A stretch of 63,774 bases of DNA, counting the filler, from Syncephalis fuscata S228 (taxonomy: Eukaryota; Fungi; Zoopagomycota), in assembly GCA_025786725.1 (NCBI GenBank). It is 5 parts of 5 records of this genome, joined end to end, with 100 filler letters (N's around TTAATTAATTAA, not from the genome) between each part and the next. Parts side by side here need not be neighbours in the genome. Positions count along the whole stretch, not along the records: positions 37,080 to 54,468 come from JAHLTZ010000194.1; positions 54,569 to 61,826 come from JAHLTZ010000324.1; positions 61,927 to 63,774 come from JAHLTZ010000362.1; 2 more parts are not named here. One strand, 5' to 3'. The notes under the pieces are model-generated. The model saw only the letters and a program-made list of their open reading frames with translations, was not told the origin of the DNA and searched no databases. Positions 52,401 to 63,774 of the stretch are shown piece after piece (within the stretch, counting starts at the first letter, position 1; each line of letters opens with the position of its first letter). A program made the position numbers and the translations under genes.

Positions 52401-53741
52401 TATTAAAATATTGCTAATATTGATTCCATTCTTATTGGTATAAGTATAACTCATTTACTTACACGTTTAATGTTATCAGCTTTTAGACAGACCTCAACGT
52501 AGCCAGTATTGCCGGCAACCCATACACTTCTATTGATCCGTACACGTAACTTTATTTCACAGTCTATTTTTTGACGCTCGACTATTTGCGTTGTATCAAC
52601 TGAACTAGCTGATTTTTTTGAACAAAACATTTTTGGATGACGTCGTTTAAGCACGCCGCGTTTTAATACACACGAACTCTCTTGAGTGCAAGCTGTTGAA
52701 AGAAGCTGCGATAGCTGGTATTGGTGATCTAACATCTCACACAAGGCAAATCACAAATTGCGATGACTGTTTGTTTTCGATGTCTATAAAGAACATCTAT
52801 CGCGCTAATAGTGTCCAAAATGTAAACTTAAGCAATTGTACTGTGTAATACACCATCACTTACGCTACAACTCGGTATTTCACTTTAGCTAGCCGAGATT
52901 TAAAAATACTAGGGAGATTGGTTGGTATTGCTAATTGCCAGGGTAACTTTGTGTTCCCAGGACGCGCTTGCCAGCACCCCTGAATGTCCGGACCGGTGGC
53001 TGCATCGACAGCTGCTGACGCGGGTATCTTTGGCAGATGCGATGCAGCCGTTTGAATATATACACGTGCATTGACTAGTGGATGCCGCTCAATACGGGCA
53101 CCGCCGATGCGTGTAATATCCTGAATGCGCTGCAATGCACCAAGTTTCTGTGACATGACTGCAGCGCCAACCAGCAGCAACTTAATAATAAAAGCCATTA
53201 ATTACACAATCCAATTACCTTGTTCGTAGCCTTGAAGTTCTACCCATATTTCGCCAAAACGAACGCCATGACGGCTCTTGCATTGTAATTCCAAATGGCC
53301 AGAGGCAAATCCACCAGAAACACACATCATACTATTCAAATGCATCGATAATTCGACGCGTGCATGTCGCATCACCATCCCTGTGGCCGGCATGGACGTC
53401 AATGCAGACACATGCGAGACATCTTCACCCTGATAGACAGGTAATTGAGTTATAGCCGGTATCAAATGATTTGGTACCAACGAGCTTGATCTTTTTTGGA
53501 CATCTTTTGTGCTAGATTGAGAATAGCCACTGGCTCTGTTTGGTTTGTCGACAGTTGTCCTTTCATACCGTTTGGAAGCAATGTTGTTGTCTGCAATAGC
53601 ATGGACATTGCTTTTTCGTGTCCAGTCGGATGATGCATATGGATTAAGAAAATGATTGGGCGCTATAGTGGGAATAGGTGCTTGGCCGTCATTAAACTGT
53701 ACTGGCCGTCGAAAAGCAATAGAATCAACTATTTGCGACAT
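49446..53741 (-). CDS. Arrestin-domain protein with long disordered C-terminus, multi-exon
   Basis: 'VSGGFASGHLEL..IWVELQGYE', 'LPWQLAIPTNLPSIF..VKYRV', 'RSVWVAGNTGYVEV', 'MPIAVVHPASLD'. ORFs are separated by short introns. Confidence 0.7.
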
Positions 53742-54468
53742 GATGCACCTGTATTACACCTCTATTGACTAATCTTCAAGGGGAAGTGTCGCTAGTATAT
53801 TGGAAAGCAGGAGACAGTTTAGCTTAATGATATAATCACAATTAACATTTGTTTCAAACCTTTGTTACAGCTAGCTGTATTTTTTGTACAACAGAGTCCT
53901 ATTTTGTAATGATCAGTGGGTGGGCTGGCGTGATTGGAGTGGATTCAAGTTGCTTGTTTTCTGGTTAGTTTAATGCAATTTACACAAGCGGCCTATACAC
54001 AGCTAATAGCATAGAAGAAGAGGAAAGATAAGGTGGCGATAGATGTTGGACAAATTCAACACAAATGAGCTATTATCAATGCTAAGAACGCACAATGGCT
54101 TGGTTTGTAACCGATATTAACATCTTGTCATGTGCATTGTATCGTTACTGCCTTGCCAACAATTTTGGCACAGGGATGTAAGCTAGGCATTTGTTTACCT
54201 GAGCGTAACTAGGTCCCCTTTATTTATACCATCCTGTAGTCAGGAAAAGTATAGTAAGCCATACAAAGATCCTATTAATTATCCATTTTACAAACCATCT
54301 ATTTATTTCCGATTGTTGTATCTGGCACATACAATATAAACAATGTAAGTCTATACGACAGCATAGTTTATGCCTTTTGAACAATATATCTCTATAAAGC
54401 TATTAGAAAATAAACTATATATATATGTATGTATTGGTAATAAATATATAACGCATGATACATTTATT

Positions 54469-54568
54469 NNNNNNNNNNNNNNNNNNNNNNNNNNNNNNNN
54501 NNNNNNNNNNNNTTAATTAATTAANNNNNNNNNNNNNNNNNNNNNNNNNNNNNNNNNNNNNNNNNNNN
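54469..54568. other. Artificial contig linker
   Basis: N44-TTAATTAATTAA-N44. Confidence 0.98.
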
Positions 54569-54589
54569 TAGCTAACCAATGTGCTATAG

Positions 54590-54909
54590 GCTGTGTCAAT
54601 TTATCATTTGCTTATGTTGAGGGCGAGTCGCTACTTATGGCGCTTAAGGATATTGCACTAAGTAGCGGTAGTGCATGCACATCTGCTTCACTTGAGCCAT
54701 CTTATGTGTTGCGTGCACTAGGTGCTGAAGAGGACATGGCACATAGCAGCATTCGGTTTGGTATTGGAAGATTTACAACCGAGGAAGAAGTAGACTTTGT
54801 AGTTGCGCGTGTTTGCCAGCATGTCAACCGTCTACGAGAAATGAGCCCATTGTGGGAGATGGTACAGGAAGGCATTGACCTTAAGAGTATCCAATGGTCT
54901 CAGCACTAG
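54590..54909 (+). CDS. NFS1: Mitochondrial cysteine desulfurase, last exon (5'-truncated)
   Basis: GCTAAC branch point + TAG acceptor, then '[44 protein letters not shown]…[12 protein letters not shown]…[22 protein letters not shown]'. Confidence 0.97.
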
Positions 54910-55319
54910 AATCAATTTGTTGTTATCATTTTAGTTGAAGTAATAGCAACATTAGTAGTATTAGCAGCAGTAGTAACAGCGACTTGAATCGCCCCCTATC
55001 GTTTGTTATTTTGAATAAACAAGTTATCATTTGCGTTTAATATAATTGTTTTGTGATGATAGTATAATTGGCCATTGTAAATATTTAAATAGAAATAATA
55101 TTTGATAATAGTAATAAAAAACTTTCTACAACTTTATTAAACAGACTTGAAGTAATATCTAAATAAAACATATACAAAATAGATAGTATTTTCCCTGTTG
55201 TGACATATATTAGGATGACCACAAGAGTGACATTAGAGTAAAGAGAGAAGGTGAAGTATATGACAGGCCAGTCATGCAAAATAATAATATGGATCAGTAA
55301 TAGTAACAAATGATTTTTT

Positions 55320-55600
55320 AATAACATTCACGTAATTGAACTACACATTCAATCTATTGAACATGGGACAAGCAGTGAGTTTTATTTAATCATTACATCA
55401 TCACACTTATTGCTTTTTGGTGATCAAATAACTATTTTTAATAACATCCAATCTATTGAACATAATGGTGGGCGGTGAATGACATCAATCATCGAATACT
55501 GATCAGCATAGATTTATTATCCAGTATGCATATATCTTCTATCTATCTATATCATTCCTATTCTATTCCATACTACCACATACCATTTATAGTATATTGA
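55320..55600 (+). repeat. Dispersed repeat family A copy
   Basis: Close to 27660-27900 (TATTGAACATGGGACAAG…GGGCGGTGA…ATAGATTTATTATCCAGTATGCATATATC). Confidence 0.85.
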
Positions 55601-55995
55601 CTGCATTTTGTTTGCTATAAGTTCCAAGTACAAATAGTTTGATCACTAAAGATAGAGAAATGAAATAAATTTTATAACCAATAAAGCTAATATTAAAATA
55701 AAACTAGCTATGAATAGCCCATAATCATTGTATTATAAATAATATATATTATAATGAATATGAAATAGGAAAAGCACAAATAACGGCAATGAGGTTGCAG
55801 TTAATATATTTGTGAATGAACAAACGAAATGAGTCAAGATTTATTAATAATAAAGCTAAAACAAAAATATAAACAGTTTTGGACGGAGAAAGGTTAGATG
55901 ATAATTAAATGATATAGAATAAAATGAATATACAATAGGAAGAGCGTAATAAGTGGTGTTGAGGTTATAGCGCATATAACGTAAGGAGGGGAATG

Positions 55996-56510
55996 AGCAT
56001 TTGTGCTAAGCATTATGTGTTAGCATTTGCGCTAAGCATTATGTGTTAGCATTTGCGCTAAGCATTATGTGTTAGCATTTGCGCTAAGCATTATGTGTTA
56101 GCATTTGCGCTAAGCATTATGTGTTAGCATTTGCGCTAAGCATTATGTGTTAGCATTTGCGCTAAGCATTATGTGTTAGCATTTGTGCTAAGCATTATGT
56201 GTTAGCATTTGTGCTAAACATTATGTGTTAGCATTTGCGCTAAGCATTATGTGTTAGCATTTGCGCTAAGCATTATGTGTTAGCATTTGCGCTAAGCATT
56301 ATGTGTTAGCATTTGCGCTAAGCATTATGTGTTAGCATTTGCGCTAAGCATTATGTGTTAGCATTTGCGCTAAGCATTATGTGTTAGCATTTGTGCTAAG
56401 CATTATGTTAGCATTTGTGCTAAGCATTATGTGTTAGCATTTGCGCTAAGCATTATGTGTTAGCATTTGTGCTAAGCATTATGTGTTAGCATTTGCGCTA
56501 AGTATTTGCA
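55996..56510 (+). repeat. 26-bp minisatellite, ~20 copies (AGCATTTGCGCTAAGCATTATGTGTT)
   Basis: Period 26 (55996, 56022, …). C/T variant and one 2-bp deletion. No unique spacers. Confidence 0.97.
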
Positions 56511-56829
56511 TTTTTAACAACATTCGCGTAAATAATTACATATCCGTTTTATTGAACATGAAACTAAATGCTGAATAGTAGCAATCATTAAAATATTCAT
56601 TATCATATATTTATTACTCAGTACGCATATATTATCACTACAATGCTATGTTATTGCTGTTTCCGCTGTTTCATTTTTAACTTTCTCCTTTATTTGAATA
56701 CTCATCAACCCGCCGCGTTTCTATTTTGCTTGAACTTGTGATTATCATGCATACTCATCATTCTGCCCGCCTAGCATCAAAGTCATAGTCGACTCGCATT
56801 AACTGATTTGTTTATTAGATAATTACACG

Positions 56830-57290
56830 GTACATATATGCATGGGCAAATTAATAAAATAATTTAAATTTTATTAATAATCAAACTAGTATTAAACGAA
56901 CAGTAGTTCCAATCAACGCATTGACGTTATATTATAAAATGACATAAAGTAGAATAAATATATGATAAACAAGTATAAAAATGCTATTGAAGCCATAGTG
57001 CATATAACGCAATAACTAGAATAAGTAAATTATACTGAGGTATATAAAAGGTATAATATGTTTAGTATAGAATAGAGTGGTATATAGTGATATAGGCATA
57101 TAATGGAATAATATAGATGAATAGAGTATATATGCATGCTAGATAATAAGTTTATAATGATGAGTATTTTGATTATTGAATAAAACTCATCACTTGCCCC
57201 ATGTTCAATAGATTGAATGTGCAGTTTAATTACACAAATACTGCTATATTTATTCATTTGTTCCCAAATTACATTAAATAGTTAATAAGA
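56830..57290 (-). repeat. Dispersed repeat family A copy
   Basis: Reverse complement core (…ATGATGAGTATTTTGAT…CCCATGTTCAATAGATTGAATGTG). Confidence 0.75.
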
Positions 57291-59249
57291 TGTTATAAAA
57301 TAGTTTTATAATAGCATACATAAAATATTTTAAGCACATTATGTATGCCGTTTAATTTAATGAATAACATGGCCCACACGCTTTTATATTATAACTAAAA
57401 GGAATATCACACAACACATGCTTATTAGTATAAATAATACAGCTAAATAAATAAATCACTGATATTGCTGCTAAATAGATAATATATTTGTAGTTGTACT
57501 AGCATGCTGACTTATGATTCAAAGAAGTGGCATTGTGACATTACATTGTCTACAGATGCTATAAAATATAACCAAAATATCTTTATTGTATTAATAAAGA
57601 TATGGGCCATGGTGAAAAAGAAAAGCTGTTTAAATTCCAGTTTACATATACATCTTTAGCATAAGTAAATAGAGTCAAAATAGTATCGAGTAGAACGCAT
57701 AATTTACGTTGGCTCAAGTTTCCAGCAGTGAGCATATTAGATTGCTGAACAGTTAGTAATATATTGATTCTTACAACCTGTGCATACTAGTACAGTATGC
57801 ATAATCGCAATTTTAGCAGACATTCGCCAATGTATGTTGTTCCGTATTAGTAAGTGTTCAGTAAAATACAGTGGTATTTACCTTTATAATGGTCACTACG
57901 TCGTCTTGTTGATAAAGTTAAACAAATACCTATAGCATTCAACGTCCACATGCAATCATAGCAAAACAACTGCACCAGGAATGGATTATTTGATGTATGT
58001 TGATGGCCTAAACTCTCACCCATCAGTGCTGGTCTATATGGTCTTCAGCTATCATAATCACGATGCGCTGTGGCTGCTGTTTTGTATTGCTTATAACACA
58101 AGCAATATTAGAAAACTACTCAGCCAAGCGACATACATGACTAGATAACAGAAACGAACAACAATAGCACTGCCATTTACCCATGTCTAGCTCATCTACA
58201 TACAAATAAGAAATCTAGAATGCAACAATAACTGCGCAATAGCACATTGGTACAACACTAAACAGCCAACACAGCTACATCACCATTCTAGACAGTTAAA
58301 GACATCAGATTAGATGGTACAAACAATGTAACATTTTAAACCAAAGTTGTGCCAATAAATGTACTTTAACCGTTAAAAACAATGATGCGCTATGATGGCT
58401 GTCTCATTGCCCACAAGCAAGGAGCGTTGATATACATAATGCCCGCCTGAGCTTATACATACAAACACTGCCACACAACACACAGTGGTCTATATCATAT
58501 ATTAAGTTGTTTCAAACACCGTGCTGTCCACCAGTTTACTAGAACCGGTTTGATTACTTCACTTGCTTTAAGCAAAATAACATATGCCAAGTAGTGGCAT
58601 ATTGTATGAGTTTCCAAAAAAATAGTTTACAGTGCACTATATAAATATTTGAGTTTTACTAAATATTACAATCTAGACATGCATAGAACATTATAATGCG
58701 CCTACTAATCAATTTGAAACTAAATATATAATGAGAAATGTAATTAAAATTGCGCATTTCAATGAGTATGTATATTGTATAATCACATGTGTTGTTAGTG
58801 TAAAAGCAAACATTCATCATTCTTTAATGAATCAAATCCATTAATTACAATAAGAAAAATGAAAGAAGCGAAATAGACTAGTTTAAAGAAAAAACGCTAT
58901 GTGATGACATGTAACATACGTTTCTATTTAGTAAAAAATTTCATTGCAAAATAGAAACCATCTGTTTAACTGAACATTGCGATGATTCAATAAAATTATA
59001 TACTAATCAAATGCTTAATTATATATTATTTATTCTATCAACTTTGCCAACTGCTAAACATCTTCTAAATAAGCTTTGTCAAAAACACGTTTATTATTTG
59101 CATATAGATGCTAATCAAACTACTTCTAGAAATAACTATTTATATTATTGCGTATGCGTGTACAGTACTTTTTTCAAATTAGTCGACGTCAGTGTCATTT
59201 ACGTAACTTTCAATATTGACAATCAGTAACTTAAAAGTTATTTACACAG

Positions 59250-59640
59250 TTAAACTACACATTCAATCGATTGAACATAATGGTAGGTGGTGAGTGACAT
59301 CAATCATCAAATACTCATCATTGTAGCTTTATCAGTCAGTATGTATATATTCAGTACACATTGATAATTTATTCACCTATATCATTCCCATTCTATTCTA
59401 TACATTATATTATTTCTATATTTCTATATACTTCACTCATTAGCTCATCAGGTTACACGCATTATAGCTTCAACATTACTTATACTCTTTCATTGTATAT
59501 TTGATTTTATTCTATATTATTTTATACTCGCATAATCCTCTTTTATCCAAAAACTATTTTTATTTTGTTTTAGCTATATTATTAAAAAAGTTTGTCTAAT
59601 TTCGCTCACCTGCTTATTAGGTAATATGTTCAATAGCTTT
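59250..59640 (+). repeat. Dispersed repeat family A copy
   Basis: ATTGAACATAATGGTAGGTGGTGAGTGACATCAATCATCAAATACTCATCAT core plus downstream TATCCAAAAACT…TTTTAGCT block. Confidence 0.8.
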
Positions 59641-60782
59641 AACTTAGTTAATCGTCAGTTCAGTTTGTATATTTAATAGTTAATATTTTTGCTTTTGTCA
59701 GTGTAAATCCACAAAGATACTAAGAAAAAACATTGTGAGAAATTATAGCTTATCGGCCAACAACAGTGTCAATGGTTTTTGCTATTAATAATATAAACAA
59801 GCAGCTGTTGTTAGTGTAGAATATAATAATGATGCATCAATAAATTCGTATAGACAATATTGATAATAGTTGTTATGTAATGTGCATTGCCAGTATTTTG
59901 ATCGCCACCAATAGTAGCACAGCACTGCTATCTATTGTGTGATTATAGTAATAGCATTAACCTTTGATATTATTTTACAATAACATATACACCAACATTT
60001 ATATGTTGCTACTAGCAATGACCGCTATACAAACGTAATTAATAATCCAGTGCTCCAAGTAGTTACTAGCGTGTATGACTGTACATCACTCATTATATAT
60101 ACACCGTTTTATCAGTGTATTATATTATAATTGGGCTGTATTAAGATGCTACTATGTATGTATTTGATATTTTATTATTTAAGCAAGCATATTTTTCTTC
60201 TTTGCAAATACGAACAAATTACAACACATATTCTTTGTGATTGTTAATACTATGTACTGATTTTGTCTACATTAAGCTGCTATCCTATGTATATATAAGC
60301 GGACACAGGAATATATACTTGACCCTATATATAGCATAGCCAGTGCTAATAATATATGAGATCGATAATGTAGCAAGATTTAGATAACGATGTTTCAAAC
60401 AATGATTTTTAAGCTATTGTGTGGATCACCTATTTATTATATGTGGCGCCATGCACACTGGCACCCAAAAAGGTAATTGCCCCGTGCTAAACGCAATAAA
60501 ACTTCTTTATCAAGGCAGAAGCCATTCCTTGTAGAATCGATAGCATGTGGACCAAATAACCATTTGAAACAACGGTTGGCCACTGTTATACAATGCCCGC
60601 ACATTCCTCCTTCTTCAACCTGGCAATGCTACACTGCATCGACAATATCATAATGATATAAAGCCAAAGTATTCGAGAAACAACGGACACCTTAACGATT
60701 TGTTCTTTTTTTGTTCCAAGCATCAGTGCCATCGCTATTTATTTATCTATTTCAACTGCTATTCAATGCAATTTAGCTAAAC

Positions 60783-61358
60783 ATGCAAGCAACACGCCTT
60801 TATACGTCACGGCTCGTTGTACTGCTATTGTTGTCATCATGTTTACCCAGCTGCACAGCAAATACACGGACCCATCCAGATCATACGTATGTCATTTATC
60901 TTGTAGTTGCAGCTGCACTTGTTCTATTACTATCAATTTTCTATTTTTGCATTTCATATCGACGACCACTTGATGCAGACATCGAGCATGGCGAGTCAAA
61001 GAAGGCTAAAAACCAACGAACAATCTACCGTCAAATCAAATCTGTGCCCGACGGTGTTCTTTCAAGATCAGATGGCGGGCGTGGCACAATTGCCATTGAT
61101 GTTCAATCATCTTGCGACGGCAATAGTCCTTACGAATGGACGGGACGTGCACATAGTAACTCACTATTGTCCTGCATCACCACACCAGAATCATTCTATG
61201 CACCGCCTATTAAGCAATGCAATGATGCAGCATCGCTCAGCCTGAGTCAAGTCAGTCCAACAAAATATTTGGGGGATATGCCATTATTTCATACTAAAAC
61301 AAGCCAAGAAGGTCTTCTTCAAGTGCCACCGCCAATAAAACAGAAATATAGCTCATAA
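60783..61358 (+). CDS. Small single-pass membrane protein, unknown function (191 aa)
   Basis: Signal peptide, ~10-aa ectodomain, TM helix (VIYLVVAAALVLLLSIFYFCISY) followed by RR. Coding-like GC in an AT-rich context. Confidence 0.65.
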   Translation: MQATRLYTSRLVVLLLLSSCLPSCTANTRTHPDHTYVIYLVVAAALVLLLSIFYFCISYRRPLDADIEHGESKKAKNQRTIYRQIKSVPDGVLSRSDGGRGTIAIDVQSSCDGNSPYEWTGRAHSNSLLSCITTPESFYAPPIKQCNDAASLSLSQVSPTKYLGDMPLFHTKTSQEGLLQVPPPIKQKYSS

Positions 61359-61826
61359 CCTGCCGGTCAGAGGTATGATACAAAGTATCAGTAATTCATA
61401 CTGCTATATTATGTCACATTCAACTTGAAAAGTAGTGTATCACTAAGTTTTGAATCTTTACACAGGCATTTGAAGATTGGCTTCAAAATCACATATCCAT
61501 TGGTTGTTTTATCAAAACAGTTGTTTTTCAGTAAAATAAACATTAAAACAAGATCAGCTTTGATAACAATTATACATTATTATTTACTAATATCTAACTA
61601 ACTATAATGTAGCAATGTCGGTTAATTAAAAATCACTATAAACAAATACTATGTTCATTATCCATTAGTTTTCTAATCTTATTAAACTTTTTCTATCTAT
61701 AAATTGATTTATTTAAATAAAAACTAATGCACATATTATATTGTAGCATCGTCTAATCATTACAAATAAATAAAAGTTCGATACATATGACTGTATCTAA
61801 TTTATTTATTTAAAGGTAAACGCACA

Positions 61827-61926
61827 NNNNNNNNNNNNNNNNNNNNNNNNNNNNNNNNNNNNNNNNNNNNTTAATTAATTAANNNNNNNNNNNNNNNNNN
61901 NNNNNNNNNNNNNNNNNNNNNNNNNN
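61827..61926. other. Artificial contig linker
   Basis: N44-TTAATTAATTAA-N44. Confidence 0.98.
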
Positions 61927-63774
61927 CCGCTAGCACACTAAAACCAAATATGCAATATCAATTCAGGAAATTGTTACTAACGTATTAACATTGTGTTTAT
62001 TGTTTTAGCATGTAGGTAGCGGCGCTAACACTAATCGCGATTTTAAATAAGTAAGTAATGTGATATAGCAGTTGTAGCAGTATCCATCATATAAAGCATG
62101 TGGTGGTATACCGCCACCAATAAACGGTGGTATACCATCACAACAATAGCAACAATAGCAACAATAGCAACTTCACAAGTACTTGATGTGACATCATCAA
62201 GATTAATTGATACTATTGCTATCAATTAACAGCAAGATTAAAAAAGGATATTGGATCAATTAATAATATATTATTTATTGGTAATATCCAAGTGATTAGT
62301 AATTGATATTACCAAACAATATCCGAGCAAAGCATTAAATAAAAGCACATAGCTATTAAATAAGTAGATGCAAAGGTTTATATTTTTGCATCTCAATCAA
62401 AAAATCAATACAATAAAGATTATACAATTAGTATATATTGCGCATACTAACTAATGATTAAACAATTTAACAATGCTTATAGTATGATCAGCAGATCAAA
62501 TGGCAATATTTAAAAGCATTTAATGTACTGAACATGATAATGGATGATGAATAAATAAAATATAAAATAGACATTAATGTATTATTATTATCCAGTAAGC
62601 ATATATCCAGTGTGCATATACTTAATATGCATACATCCATTATTTACATATATCATTGTATGATATCGTGTGTATAACATATTAATTGTAGGAAGCAATA
62701 TACACGACTCATTCATGTCAGTATGTTATAGTGCTTATAACATGCAATGATTTATATTAATTATTACCTCACATATATGATGTATTGCATCGGTAGATTG
62801 ACACTCACATATTGAAGAATAGAATTTAGCACTCATTACCATAAGTGTAACCGTAGATACAGCGAACTGTTGCGGTTACTACGAGTCACAATACAATAAT
62901 GTATATAAAAATAAAAATGAATATTGAAAGTGAACTAATTGTCTTTATTAATTGTTAATATTATGCGCGTTTTTATATTGTTTTAATTGATATATCGGAT
63001 ATCTAATTAAAACAATGCATGAGAAAATAAAAGAGAAGATAAAAGAGAAAATAAAAGATATTCACTTCGGCATGGGCCCTGTGCTATGATCGATGTATTG
63101 AAACACCGATCATAGTATCGGAAAAGGGAATAGTAATTTAGTGTGTGAGGGATTTTGTTACAATAAGAGTTATGTACGTTTACATACACAGATGTAGCAT
63201 TAACTAAACAATAACATTGAATTAAAATATATGTTCTAGAACATATATTGACAAACATATACTAATTGAATAATGGAACAAATAAAAATAGAATTATTTG
63301 AATAAATGAGTGATTGACTAATTGACCGAAAAATTGAATAACTAAATAAGCAACTAATTTACCGACTGAACAACTAAATGATCAACTAATTGAATAAAGA
63401 CGGTTGAAATGAACTTTAAGCCACCACATATTGACTTTAACAATGAATAACTCGATAAATAATAGCTCAAATGACATGAGAGTAGGTGACAATGAAACAG
63501 AATGAACAGGAGAATAAGAAACAACAATAAAACAGACAACGAATTTTTTATTTTTTTGAAAATAATTTTGACAATTATTTGACAAATATTTAGGGCTAAT
63601 GAAGATAGGGCTTGATGAAATAGGGCTAAAAGAAGAAAAAATAAGACAAATATGAAAAAAGAAGGAAAATGAACAAGAAGTTACAGAACAACTATACGAG
63701 CGATAGCGAGTTAGAAAACAACAAGAACAACGACAATAGAACAACGACAACAACAACAACAATAAGAGAAGAGA

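Noticed and set aside
55996-56510. CRISPR-like array
   Set aside because: Head-to-tail units with no unique spacers, no cas genes, eukaryotic context.

Overview
AT-rich eukaryotic DNA with short GT-AG introns and CTAAC/CTAAT branch points. The gene content is fungal, probably an early-diverging lineage (inference only). The window is five contigs joined by artificial 100-bp linkers (44 N + TTAATTAATTAA + 44 N), so adjacency across gaps is meaningless. Recognisable genes: two convergent CSC1/OSCA (DUF221) channel paralogues, a Gbp2/Hrb1-like 3xRRM protein, CCZ1, ASCC1-like (KH + 2H-phosphoesterase), tRNA-Ser(CGA), RPT6, a bHLH factor, an arrestin-domain protein and the last exon of NFS1. The striking feature is that each of the three large contigs holds an inverted-repeat structure. 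(1) Near-identical ~780-bp inverted repeats (1421-2200 / 9542-10322) bracket a 7.3-kb three-gene cassette. (2) A ~14.7-kb palindrome (arms 19107-25204 / 27629-33861) is capped by 22-bp minisatellites, carries a decayed ALR1/CorA Mg2+-transporter gene in each arm, and has a single orphan 2xC2H2 zinc-finger gene in its 2.4-kb spacer. (3) A mirror-image 333-bp satellite (4 forward + 3 inverted units) lies next to a tRNA. Structures 1 and 2 share a diverged ~240-bp sequence. All alignments were made by eye, so boundaries are approximate.
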